Shown: positions 24,901-32,000 of the stretch, in pieces
Layout of the letters: each line of letters begins with the position of its first letter
Numbering within the stretch: the stretch's first letter is position 1
NCBI RefSeq assembly: GCF_008000775.2
Contig: NZ_CP042905.2
Location: forward strand, 2,940,001-2,972,000
Source of the DNA: Promethearchaeum syntrophicum
GTDB taxonomy: Archaea > Asgardarchaeota > Lokiarchaeia > Sigyniarchaeales > Promethearchaeaceae
DNA: 32,000 bases
Direction of reading: 5' to 3'
Translations under genes and position numbers: made by a program
Notes under the pieces: model-generated
The model's database searches: none
Told to the model about the DNA's origin: nothing
Seen by the model: the letters and a program-made list of their open reading frames with translations, nothing else

Positions 24901-26920
24901 ACTATTGACTAATATATGCCCTACTCCAGATGAATCGCAAATAGAAGCAATCAAAAACGCTCTTGATAACGTGATTTATGCAATTATAGGACCTCCAGGA
25001 ACGGGAAAATCACAAACAATTGTGGCTTTAATTGATGAATTTATCTTCCGTTCAGAACAAAATAAAAAACCTATCCGTATATTAGTAACCTCTTTTTCAT
25101 ACACAGCACTTCGAGTTATAATAGATAAAATTAGAAAGAGTAAAAATGTTGAGGGGAATAAATCAAAAGCCGCAGAAATGCAACTTATTTTTCTAAGATC
25201 TGAAAGCCAACTCCCTATTGCTGAAACAGCTGAATGTACATTCGTTAATGATCTTGTTAGATTACCCAATGGAAGCTGGAGATGGAATGGTGAATCAAAA
25301 AAAATTACCAAATCAAAACCTTTGGAAGATCAATTAATGGAGAATTTCGTAATTTTTGGAAATGCCCATCAACTTTTTAGATTGACTGAAAGAACTTCTC
25401 CCGGATTTGTATTTGATTTAATTTTAGTTGATGAAGCAAGTCAATTACCAACAGATTATTTTTTATCAAGCCTACAATATATAAAAAACCAAACTTTCCA
25501 TATTCAACCAAATATTCCGGAGATGGTATCATTAACACCAAATTCCTTAGTAGAATCTAGGGATCATATTGAGAAAATGAATCTATTAAATCCAATAGAT
25601 ATAAGAAATGTTACTAAAGTCGTAATAGTTGGAGATTATAATCAGCTACCTCCCGTCCAACCAATATCACCTCCAAAGAATTTAGAAAAGGTTTTAGATA
25701 GCCTTTTTGCCTATTATGTAAAGTATCATGATATAAATAGATCCCAATTAAAAACAAATTATCGTTCACATCAAGATATCGTTGATTTCACCAAGACCTT
25801 AGGAATCTATGAGGGTTTACACCCAACTTCTTCTTTAGCGAATAAAACTTTGCAAGGAGATGTAAATCGAATCGATCAATCATGGGTCCAAGAAATATTA
25901 GACCCAACCAAAGTGGTTTGTTCATTAATACATAACAAAAGGTTTGAAATTGCGGTTAGTTCCATTGAAGCAGAATTCGCATCAGAAATAGTAATAGGTT
26001 ACTATGAAATGTGTAACATTAAATCGAGTAAGGATGAAAGGGTATTTTGGAAGGAAAAAATTGGTGTTGTCGCCCCTCATAATGCTCAAGGTCGCTTAAT
26101 CATACATGATATCTTCGAAAAAATGACTAAACCATCCAAAAGTCTAACTCAATTAAATAATAGCGAGTTAATGTCACATTTAAAAAGTACTGTGTATTCT
26201 GTTGAGAAATTTCAAGGGTCTGATCGCGAATTAATAATTGCATCAGTAGGATTATCAGATATTGATCAAATTAGTGCAGAAGAAGAGTTTATTTATGATT
26301 TGAATAGATTTAACGTTCTAACATCCCGTGCAAAGAAAAAAATAATCTATATTTGCAGCGATTCCTTTTTAGATTTCATCCCAAATTCTCGTGATGTCAT
26401 GAAACACGCATCACATAGTTATAATTATGCTTATAAATTTTGTAATCGAGAAAAAGTTATTTTTATCAAAAACGAAAAAAATAATTTGGATTATATTTAT
26501 TTTCGATGGAAGGAAAACAGCAAAAAATTGGATAAATCATTAGAAACATTTAAAATTGATTCACAAATCAATGGAGATTATTTCGAAATAAGTTATTCAC
26601 CCAAAATGGAATTTGATTCTTTAATCCAAGACATCCCAAAAGATATTTATAAAAATAAATCAGATAAAAACCTTGATTCTGATCGCGAGATATGGCGATT
26701 TAAATTTACTGATATTCCGAAGATCCGCAAATTTATTGTAATTCCAGACCCAATTTATCAAGAATATGCTAATAAATTTGAAGAACTAATCGATGAATCC
26801 AAAGAAGAAAGTAATCGAATTAATGAACAGGTAAAATTTAAAAAAAAGATTAAGAAAAGTGGTAGAAAAAAAATTAATGTAGATTTTGGTGATAATGATG
26901 AAGATGATTCACTCTTCTAA
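21959..26920 (+). CDS. Cas4/Dna2-like PD-(D/E)xK nuclease (TM0106/RecB-like) fused to a superfamily 1 (DNA2/Upf1-like) helicase
   Basis: 1653-aa ORF: KCDRQLFL, RPDIIII...VIDIKNT, CGFCPFLEDC nuclease/Fe-S motifs; LSFAIETDPSSDRVFAAGIYL RNase H-like segment; GPPGTGKSQT (24989..25012), LVDEASQLP, VVIVGDYNQLPPVQ, LKTNYRSHQDIVDF, VEKFQGSDRELIIAS helicase motifs. Confidence 0.87.
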   Translation: MEKKEKSDKANFGKIFFTRFIDDKCDRQLFLKLCQNNPNWMDPLRDIAKLKRPVRTNEYILNLGKAYEQKVYSFLNKSLNTKYIKDKSTKKIHQTKLKFHDLDDCYSKIHEGKSPYLILLENEFQTPISFKKSIFPTKNSENPIDVKFSDQRPDIIIIRKNLDTMNKGDIYELLPNGERRKLPNNEINNRLSINVIDIKNTAEQDIGKKHFIEIMLYLRSFSHFIYDHKLEKNFFISISKNGIFPKYTEDILKNIKNLERFEQFVIEIPWNESDRIFTSTVNKLHDLHEISPCAVEDISVNIHPNCGFCPFLEDCKKTLGMNDRDSPKNWSLQLIPFNSRSISQQLESYGFKTIGDVERGLKKIKVGNTPAPLYPELPLLEMKVKSLINNEITTPIPGKVHSYCIPKFTPISLSFAIETDPSSDRVFAAGIYLKMIVAKKAKNYHIFKKWWKIWKKALDTSKSPDFIKTQLDTNCFSIDQQIPLEIVDKFLKLLKDLKNFKIFIPGMLVNGKEVIQTRVLGFYAIINESLDPDKEDELAINLVNNLFPMMELCNIVERYVLTREIKYFNKKDGSTKEYIYEYKADMGIFYWSKSQIEHLQDMLERNLEKIISRTTIRNKFSSLISWFTPSDSEVTHPYQHKKIFNLRAFIETVIGFPGIINYTWHEIVKHPSNGGLNSNKLFWIEHFNYMDPTPWYDYLEAKGDHSKQKKLKNEIIKQVIHKTRALNTLRENFQYRTRHAISKHARPIKSTAIKQKTLGENYHSLAHVWYLFSELNGTMQELEANNIRTIYPEYSIGKLNAAKISDLYQVDNPLVKYNIFQFQIINLSSNMKINEGDYVLLIPDELRDLRKWELDRKWRVKIHKMIWNSKSKGYLMEVHSTENLLILYDKTIENKPEIPNWYLYPTSMDAWTNKLYGIRVGGLLERKRFGISWLGARLAYLWNIRSKNNLFWPKNWEFSSNEIYMYLPKLLEIIKEIPGKKLLTNICPTPDESQIEAIKNALDNVIYAIIGPPGTGKSQTIVALIDEFIFRSEQNKKPIRILVTSFSYTALRVIIDKIRKSKNVEGNKSKAAEMQLIFLRSESQLPIAETAECTFVNDLVRLPNGSWRWNGESKKITKSKPLEDQLMENFVIFGNAHQLFRLTERTSPGFVFDLILVDEASQLPTDYFLSSLQYIKNQTFHIQPNIPEMVSLTPNSLVESRDHIEKMNLLNPIDIRNVTKVVIVGDYNQLPPVQPISPPKNLEKVLDSLFAYYVKYHDINRSQLKTNYRSHQDIVDFTKTLGIYEGLHPTSSLANKTLQGDVNRIDQSWVQEILDPTKVVCSLIHNKRFEIAVSSIEAEFASEIVIGYYEMCNIKSSKDERVFWKEKIGVVAPHNAQGRLIIHDIFEKMTKPSKSLTQLNNSELMSHLKSTVYSVEKFQGSDRELIIASVGLSDIDQISAEEEFIYDLNRFNVLTSRAKKKIIYICSDSFLDFIPNSRDVMKHASHSYNYAYKFCNREKVIFIKNEKNNLDYIYFRWKENSKKLDKSLETFKIDSQINGDYFEISYSPKMEFDSLIQDIPKDIYKNKSDKNLDSDREIWRFKFTDIPKIRKFIVIPDPIYQEYANKFEELIDESKEESNRINEQVKFKKKIKKSGRKKINVDFGDNDEDDSLF

Positions 26921-26949
26921 TCAAATTAAGCTAGTATTTTTTTGGAACT

Positions 26950-28110
26950 TTATAACCTGACAGGTCCTCTTCCACTCCGAGGATCACCATCTTTCGCAAT
27001 AATCATTGGTGCTTTTCCTGCTTTTACAACTTCACGTGCAACTTCTTGATCAATGGTAGCTGGAACTACAATGTTTACAATGCTAACTTCCGGATCCCGT
27101 AAAAACTCTTCTAATGAAGTATATTGTCGAGGTCGATCCGATTCAGGGATTTTCTTTAAATTTACTTTCTTCTCTGCATTTTTCAATGCTTTTGGATCAA
27201 TATCACAAATTGCTACTATATCCATTACTCTTTTTTCCTTAGGTTGCTTATAAGTTCCTCTCTCAATACTTTTTTTTAACATATTGATCCCACGGTCTCC
27301 CATCCCCACAATTCCAATATGTAATTCATTCATTTTCCTTTTTCCAACTGATTCCCACGATCTTCCTTTTCTAAACACAGATCTATCTTGTTGTTGAGGT
27401 ATTTGCATCCCCATCATCCGCATTACTTGAATAGCGTGATCATGAGAGACCCCTAATGGCCATTTATCTACTAACCTATGTAAATTGGCAATAACTTGTC
27501 CAAAATTAGGAGGATTTCGATTTTTTTCTACGCATTCTTTAGTTTCAAACATCAAAGTTTGCATAATAAAAATGAAATCCTTTTCATTTACTATTGGGAA
27601 AAAGACACGCCCTCCAAGTGCTTCAATTATTGAAGGTCTTAATGATTCATCGCGGATGATACAAATCGGAGGGAGTCTATTTTGTGCAACTGTAGTTATA
27701 TCCGCCAATAACGATTTTAGCTTTTCATTATTTTTAGATTCAAGGAGGAAACAACAAATCATTCCTGGTTGTTTCATTAAAATAGTAAAGTGTGGGGCAA
27801 CCAATTTTTTCTCATTATGTAGATTATTATCAGATTCCGTTTCATGAGGAATATATGGTCTGGAGATTGGTATAAACTTGCTTTTTCGCCATTCATCTTC
27901 ACTAATTATGTTTGCAAAGGGAGACTCTGGAGCATTAATATGTATTTTATTCCCATTTAGGTTAATTAAGGCAGGAATTATTTTATCAGCTATTAGATCC
28001 TTAAAATGCTTCTCAATATGTCGAAGTGTAAAAGTAGGTTTCGAATATCTAGATATTGCAGAAGATTCCGGAATTAATATAGATAATGTTATTCTTTTCA
28101 TTATAATCAC
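26950..28110 (-). CDS. Protein with uncharacterised N-terminus and C-terminal GFO/IDH/MocA-type Rossmann domain
   Basis: 386-aa ORF; C-terminal part LHIGIVGMGDRGINMLKKSIERG...MDIVAICDIDPKALKNAEKK...YTSLEEFLRDPEVSIVNIVVPATIDQEVAREVVKAGKAPMIIAKD is an NAD(P)-binding Rossmann segment. Confidence 0.72.
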   Translation of the reverse strand: MIIMKRITLSILIPESSAISRYSKPTFTLRHIEKHFKDLIADKIIPALINLNGNKIHINAPESPFANIISEDEWRKSKFIPISRPYIPHETESDNNLHNEKKLVAPHFTILMKQPGMICCFLLESKNNEKLKSLLADITTVAQNRLPPICIIRDESLRPSIIEALGGRVFFPIVNEKDFIFIMQTLMFETKECVEKNRNPPNFGQVIANLHRLVDKWPLGVSHDHAIQVMRMMGMQIPQQQDRSVFRKGRSWESVGKRKMNELHIGIVGMGDRGINMLKKSIERGTYKQPKEKRVMDIVAICDIDPKALKNAEKKVNLKKIPESDRPRQYTSLEEFLRDPEVSIVNIVVPATIDQEVAREVVKAGKAPMIIAKDGDPRSGRGPVRL

Positions 28111-28162
28111 ATTTAAATTGTCTTTTTAAACACATTATTTGTTTAGATTCAAACCTATAAAA

Positions 28163-28175
28163 AGATATATTATAC
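28163..28175 (+). promoter_or_regulatory. Candidate archaeal TATA box for the permease gene
   Basis: agatatattatac about 40-50 nt upstream of the TTG start at 28214, inside the 5' extension of the track ORF. Confidence 0.35.
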
Positions 28176-28213
28176 TTGATTATTTTTTTATAAATTGGGA
28201 GATTCATGAAAAA

Positions 28214-29563
28214 TTGGTTAATTTTACTTTATTAGGAATAACTTTGATTTTATTTGTAGGTATTCTAATTATATTTAGCCGAGAACACATGGACTATGTT
28301 GCCTTTTCATTACTTTTTGCCTTTGTCGCTTGTGTTTTAACCAGTTTTATGATACCAATTGAGCAAGTCGGAGAACATGTACCCTGGGTGGACTCTTCTC
28401 AAATTACTGGGTCAACATGGATGATAATTTTTATTAATATGATTGAGTTTGAGCCATTATTGTTCATAATTGGAATGCAAATTATCTGTACAATTGCTGA
28501 AGAGTATAGATTATTTCAATGGGTCGCAGTAAAATCCCTTCATATCACTAAAGGAAATCATCGAAGATTTTTCTATATGATTTGCACCATTGCTACTTTA
28601 ACAGCTGCGATAATTGCAGATGTAACCGTAGCTGTTATCTTTGTTCCATTAGTAATACGAGCTTGTCGTATTTTGAAAATAAATCCTGCCCCATATCTTT
28701 ATGGAATTACGATTACCATTAATATTGGTTCAATTTTAACTCCATTTTCATCCTCGAAAAATATCTTGATTTCTTCTGAATTTGGCTTAGGGTTTACTTG
28801 GTTTATGCAAAATATGGGTCTTTTTATTATTTTTGCTCTTATTTCCACATTAATTCTATTAGATTTCTTTGTGTTGCGAAAGTATGATCCCCCCGAGGAA
28901 GAACGAAAGCAAATCTTCCTGGATATAATGAATCCAAAATTGCTTATCAGTAATCGTAAACGTTTTATTTTTAATGGGGTTTATGTGGCGCTAATAATTT
29001 TAGGATTTATGATATTCCATGAGCATTCCCCCCTGATTGCCTTTTTTGGTGCGATTATCATGAGTATACTTAATGGAATTCCGGTTACTGACATCCTGAA
29101 AAAGATTGATTTGAAAGTTATTTTCTTCTTTATCGCTCTTTTTCTTCTCATTGGATCTATGGAATTAAACGGCACCTTTAGCCTTATTTCAACTGGACTC
29201 TCTATTTTCAATTTAAGTAATATTTATGTTGTATCTCTTGGAGTTCTTCTAATATCAAGCCTTTTCTCAGGATTTTTAGCCAGTAATCCCACAGCGGTGT
29301 TATTGATAATAATATTAAGAAATATTTATCCAGGAGAGATCCCAAATATTATTTTAATTGCGTTTCTATTTGGTATCAATCTTGGAGGAAACTTACTACC
29401 TCAAGGTGCAACTTGTGATTTAATGACTCTAAATTTGGCCAAGAAAAATAATGTTCAAGGGTTTACCTACAAATCCTTACTAAAAACGGGTGGGGCATTT
29501 GCATTAATACATATTGGTATGTGTATATTGTATCTCACTTTATATAGCTTATTTACTGGTTAA
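28214..29563 (+). CDS. ArsB/NhaD-like (SLC13/IT superfamily) ion permease
   Basis: Track ORF 28139..29563; about 11 hydrophobic helices, FYMICTIATLTAAIIADVTVAVIFVPLVIRACRILKINPAPYLYGITITINIGSILTPFSSSKNILISSEFGLGF and LLISSLFSGFLASNPTAVLLIIILRN...NLGGNLLPQGATCDLMTLNLAKK. Start re-assigned to TTG at 28214. Confidence 0.82.
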   Translation: MVNFTLLGITLILFVGILIIFSREHMDYVAFSLLFAFVACVLTSFMIPIEQVGEHVPWVDSSQITGSTWMIIFINMIEFEPLLFIIGMQIICTIAEEYRLFQWVAVKSLHITKGNHRRFFYMICTIATLTAAIIADVTVAVIFVPLVIRACRILKINPAPYLYGITITINIGSILTPFSSSKNILISSEFGLGFTWFMQNMGLFIIFALISTLILLDFFVLRKYDPPEEERKQIFLDIMNPKLLISNRKRFIFNGVYVALIILGFMIFHEHSPLIAFFGAIIMSILNGIPVTDILKKIDLKVIFFFIALFLLIGSMELNGTFSLISTGLSIFNLSNIYVVSLGVLLISSLFSGFLASNPTAVLLIIILRNIYPGEIPNIILIAFLFGINLGGNLLPQGATCDLMTLNLAKKNNVQGFTYKSLLKTGGAFALIHIGMCILYLTLYSLFTG

Positions 29564-29696
29564 TATCCATTTTTTGTATTAATGCTAACATGTATCACCT
29601 TTTTGATTATCTATTAAACTAGTAACCTAGGCATTTTAATGATTAGAAACTCAAGTAATAATTAAAAAACCCACACTAATCAATTTCAAATGGTTT

Positions 29697-31118
29697 ATGA
29701 AATTTGAAATGAAGGTGATAATGATGCAACCCATAAAATTTATCCACATGGCAGATACACATTTAGGAAATCAACAATATAATCTACCAGAACGCAAAAG
29801 AGACTTCAACAAAGCATTTAATTGGGTTTTAAATAAAAGTATTACCGAAGAAGTAGATTTTATCCTTTTAGCAGGTGATGTATTTAACTCAAATAATTCA
29901 GAACCTGAAACTATAGCCGCAATTTATCAAATGATATCCGAATTCAAAAATAATTCCATGCAAAACTTAAAAAGAGAAATACCTATAATCGCAATTGAAG
30001 GAAATCATGATAAAAGCAATATTTCAACTAAAAGGTCATGGTTACAATTTCTTGCGGAATTAGAACTTATCATTCTATTATCTCCTAAAACCAATAATAA
30101 AGAAGAATATACTATTTTTAAATTCGTCCCTTATTCAGAAAACAAGAAAAATCCTGGGATGATTCGTATCAAAGACACTTGCATATACGGGATTCCATCT
30201 TATGGGGCTATGACAAAAACATATTTTCCCGATATTTATAATGCACTCCCAGATAGTTCTGATACATTTAATATCTTGATGATGCATTTTGGGATAAATG
30301 GTCAAGTTATAAACAAATTAGGATTTGAAATGAGTGAAGATTTAAAATTACTGCATAAAAAAGTAAATTATCTTGCGTTAGGTCATTTCCATAAAAAATA
30401 TGCACTTCCCAAGAATAAAGAGTGGGTGTTTAACCCCGGAAGTTTAGAAGTTACTGATGCCAGAGAAATCTGGGAAAATTACCCTCGAGGCATTTTCTTA
30501 GTGGAAGTGCATGATAAAGAAAATCCTAATATTAGGCATATTCCTTGGGTTAAAGGTAAAAGTGAAAGTCCTGATGAAATTCCCAATCGATTCTTTGCAG
30601 ATATTACAATTGATATAGGGAAAAATGATTCAAGTTCATTTAAGGAGGCACTATCATATATATTAGAAAGCTTAAAAATTATTCTGGAAAAAAAAGGAAC
30701 AGCTCATTTAAAAAAAAATGATTTAGAATTACCTATTGTTTTGCTTACCTTAAATGGGACAATTTCCTATTCAAGATTGGAAGTAAACATCAATAAACTG
30801 AAAGAAAGAATTAAAGAAAAATACGATGTTTTGGATGTACGTGTTTTTAGTGGATCTGTGAAGTCAGAAATTGACGGAATCGTGGTAGATATAAGTTCTG
30901 AGAAATCACTTGAAGAAATTGAAAAAGATGTATTTTTACAACTCATTGAACAGCATCCAGATTATGAACCACACAAAAACGATATAATTCAATTAATGTT
31001 AGATTTAAAAAGTTCGATTCTTGATCCAAAAAAAAATTTTGACCAATTAAGAAATCAAATCAAATTATGGTGGAGATCACATATCTCACTCCCACAAGGG
31101 GAATTAAATAAGAATTAG
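29697..31118 (+). CDS. mre11: Mre11-like DNA double-strand break repair exonuclease
   Basis: 473-aa ORF; IKFIHMADTHLGNQQYNLPERKRDFNKAFNWV, LLAGDVFNSN, AIEGNHDKS, MHFGINGQV, LALGHFHKKYA, VFNPGSLEV. Confidence 0.93.
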   Translation: MKFEMKVIMMQPIKFIHMADTHLGNQQYNLPERKRDFNKAFNWVLNKSITEEVDFILLAGDVFNSNNSEPETIAAIYQMISEFKNNSMQNLKREIPIIAIEGNHDKSNISTKRSWLQFLAELELIILLSPKTNNKEEYTIFKFVPYSENKKNPGMIRIKDTCIYGIPSYGAMTKTYFPDIYNALPDSSDTFNILMMHFGINGQVINKLGFEMSEDLKLLHKKVNYLALGHFHKKYALPKNKEWVFNPGSLEVTDAREIWENYPRGIFLVEVHDKENPNIRHIPWVKGKSESPDEIPNRFFADITIDIGKNDSSSFKEALSYILESLKIILEKKGTAHLKKNDLELPIVLLTLNGTISYSRLEVNINKLKERIKEKYDVLDVRVFSGSVKSEIDGIVVDISSEKSLEEIEKDVFLQLIEQHPDYEPHKNDIIQLMLDLKSSILDPKKNFDQLRNQIKLWWRSHISLPQGELNKN

Positions 31119-31129
31119 GAGCAAATTTA

Positions 31130-32000
31130 ATGATAATAACTAAAGTGCAATTAATAAACATCACCACCCATAAGAATAATTTCATAAAATTTGAAGAAGG
31201 AACTAATCTTTTAATGGGACCCAATGGCACAGGAAAATCCACCGTTCTTACAATGATTGGGTATGCACTTTTTGATATGAAACTTGGAAATAATCAAAAA
31301 TCATACGTCCGTGTCCCATCATCTAAGAATAATTTTGGTACAGTAAAAATTTGGATAAGTGGCAAAGATAAACAAGAATATTGTATTGAACGCACAATTG
31401 GGAAACCTAACAATAAAATAATTGTATCTCATTCTGATACGGGTGCAATTCTAACTAAAATTTATAATAAAGCTAATTTACGGATTTGGATTCAAGATCA
31501 GATGGGATTAAGTAAAAATTTTTCACTTTCAAGTATATTCGAACACGCCATAGGTGTGAATCAAGGAACGTTTACTGCCCCATTTTTAATGAACCCTAGT
31601 GATAGGTCCAGTATTTTTGCCCCTTTACTAAATGTACATATTTATAAAAACATTTATGATAAATACAGAGAGATTAATAATTCATTCAAAGATGAAATTC
31701 AAAATTTAGAAAAAGAGATTAGCTTTATTGAAGGAGAATTAAAGGGAAAAGATCAAATCACTCAACAACAAATAGATATTAATGAAAAACTTCGAGAATT
31801 AAGGGTTTCATCTATAAGTTCGATTACAAATTTTAACCGAATAAAGAAAAAATACGATGAATTGGTACTAATAAAGGAAAAATTAGAAAAAGTAAGAAAT
31901 GATGTCGAAAGATTGGAGTATAAGAAGAAAAATTTAGAAGATATTCTTGATAAAAATGAAGTTGAAATCAATGAAGCTAAATCAGCAAAAAATATTTGCG
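31130..32000 (+). CDS. rad50: Rad50-like SMC-family ATPase, truncated by window end
   Basis: ATG at 31130, 11 nt after the mre11 stop; MIITKVQLINITTHKNNFIKFEEGTNLLMGPNGTGKSTVLTMIGYALFDMKLG then entering coiled coil; open to the window edge. Confidence 0.92.
   Translation, partial: MIITKVQLINITTHKNNFIKFEEGTNLLMGPNGTGKSTVLTMIGYALFDMKLGNNQKSYVRVPSSKNNFGTVKIWISGKDKQEYCIERTIGKPNNKIIVSHSDTGAILTKIYNKANLRIWIQDQMGLSKNFSLSSIFEHAIGVNQGTFTAPFLMNPSDRSSIFAPLLNVHIYKNIYDKYREINNSFKDEIQNLEKEISFIEGELKGKDQITQQQIDINEKLRELRVSSISSITNFNRIKKKYDELVLIKEKLEKVRNDVERLEYKKKNLEDILDKNEVEINEAKSAKNIC

Noticed and set aside
24976-25311. Minus-strand 111-aa ORF opposite the helicase Walker A region
   Set aside because: Shadow of the strongly conserved helicase ATPase frame
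27485-28129. Plus-strand ORFs 27485..27847 (120 aa) and 27878..28129 (83 aa)
   Set aside because: Opposite the 386-aa Rossmann-containing CDS, which has clear domain support. Their translations look like antisense noise
20973-32000. Whole region considered as a CRISPR-Cas or known phage-defence island because of the Cas4-like nuclease
   Set aside because: No repeat-spacer array, no Cas1/Cas2/effector genes, no transposase or integrase. The Fe-S nuclease motif alone fits Dna2/TM0106 repair proteins

Overview
This 32 kb AT-rich archaeal window is most likely from an Asgard or related lineage. That placement is inferred from TFIIB and Mre11/Rad50 genes, membrane-anchored winged-helix regulators, acidic surface proteins with an archaeosortase-like tail, and codon bias. 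Most of the window is dense, ordinary chromosomal coding. I recognise a DUF2804 protein, EamA transporter, DAG/lipid kinase, hotdog/MaoC-like protein, membrane-fused metallophosphoesterase, Tag glycosylase, UppP, Zn-alcohol dehydrogenase, a giant TM+HEAT-like repeat protein, a cold-shock protein, an LpxL/HtrB-like acyltransferase, Bcp peroxiredoxin, a divergent TFB, an ArsB/NhaD-like permease, Mre11 and a truncated Rad50. The parts most worth a second look are: (i) an adjacent co-directional pair (17223..20010) sharing one ectodomain, one member ending in a sortase-like tail and the other in a TM plus two winged-helix domains, a plausible surface-sensing module; (ii) a divergent TFB immediately upstream of a 1653-aa protein with a Cas4/Dna2-like Fe-S nuclease, a possible RNase H-like segment and an SF1 helicase; (iii) the 1519-aa membrane HEAT-like protein; (iv) a chimera ending in an isolated GFO/IDH/MocA-type Rossmann half; (v) an LpxL-like protein lacking the catalytic acid. 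I saw no CRISPR array, tRNA, rRNA or transposase. Coordinates for ORFs are from the supplied track. The edge CDSs at 1..238 and 31130..32000 and the small ORF at 8188..8346 were read by hand.
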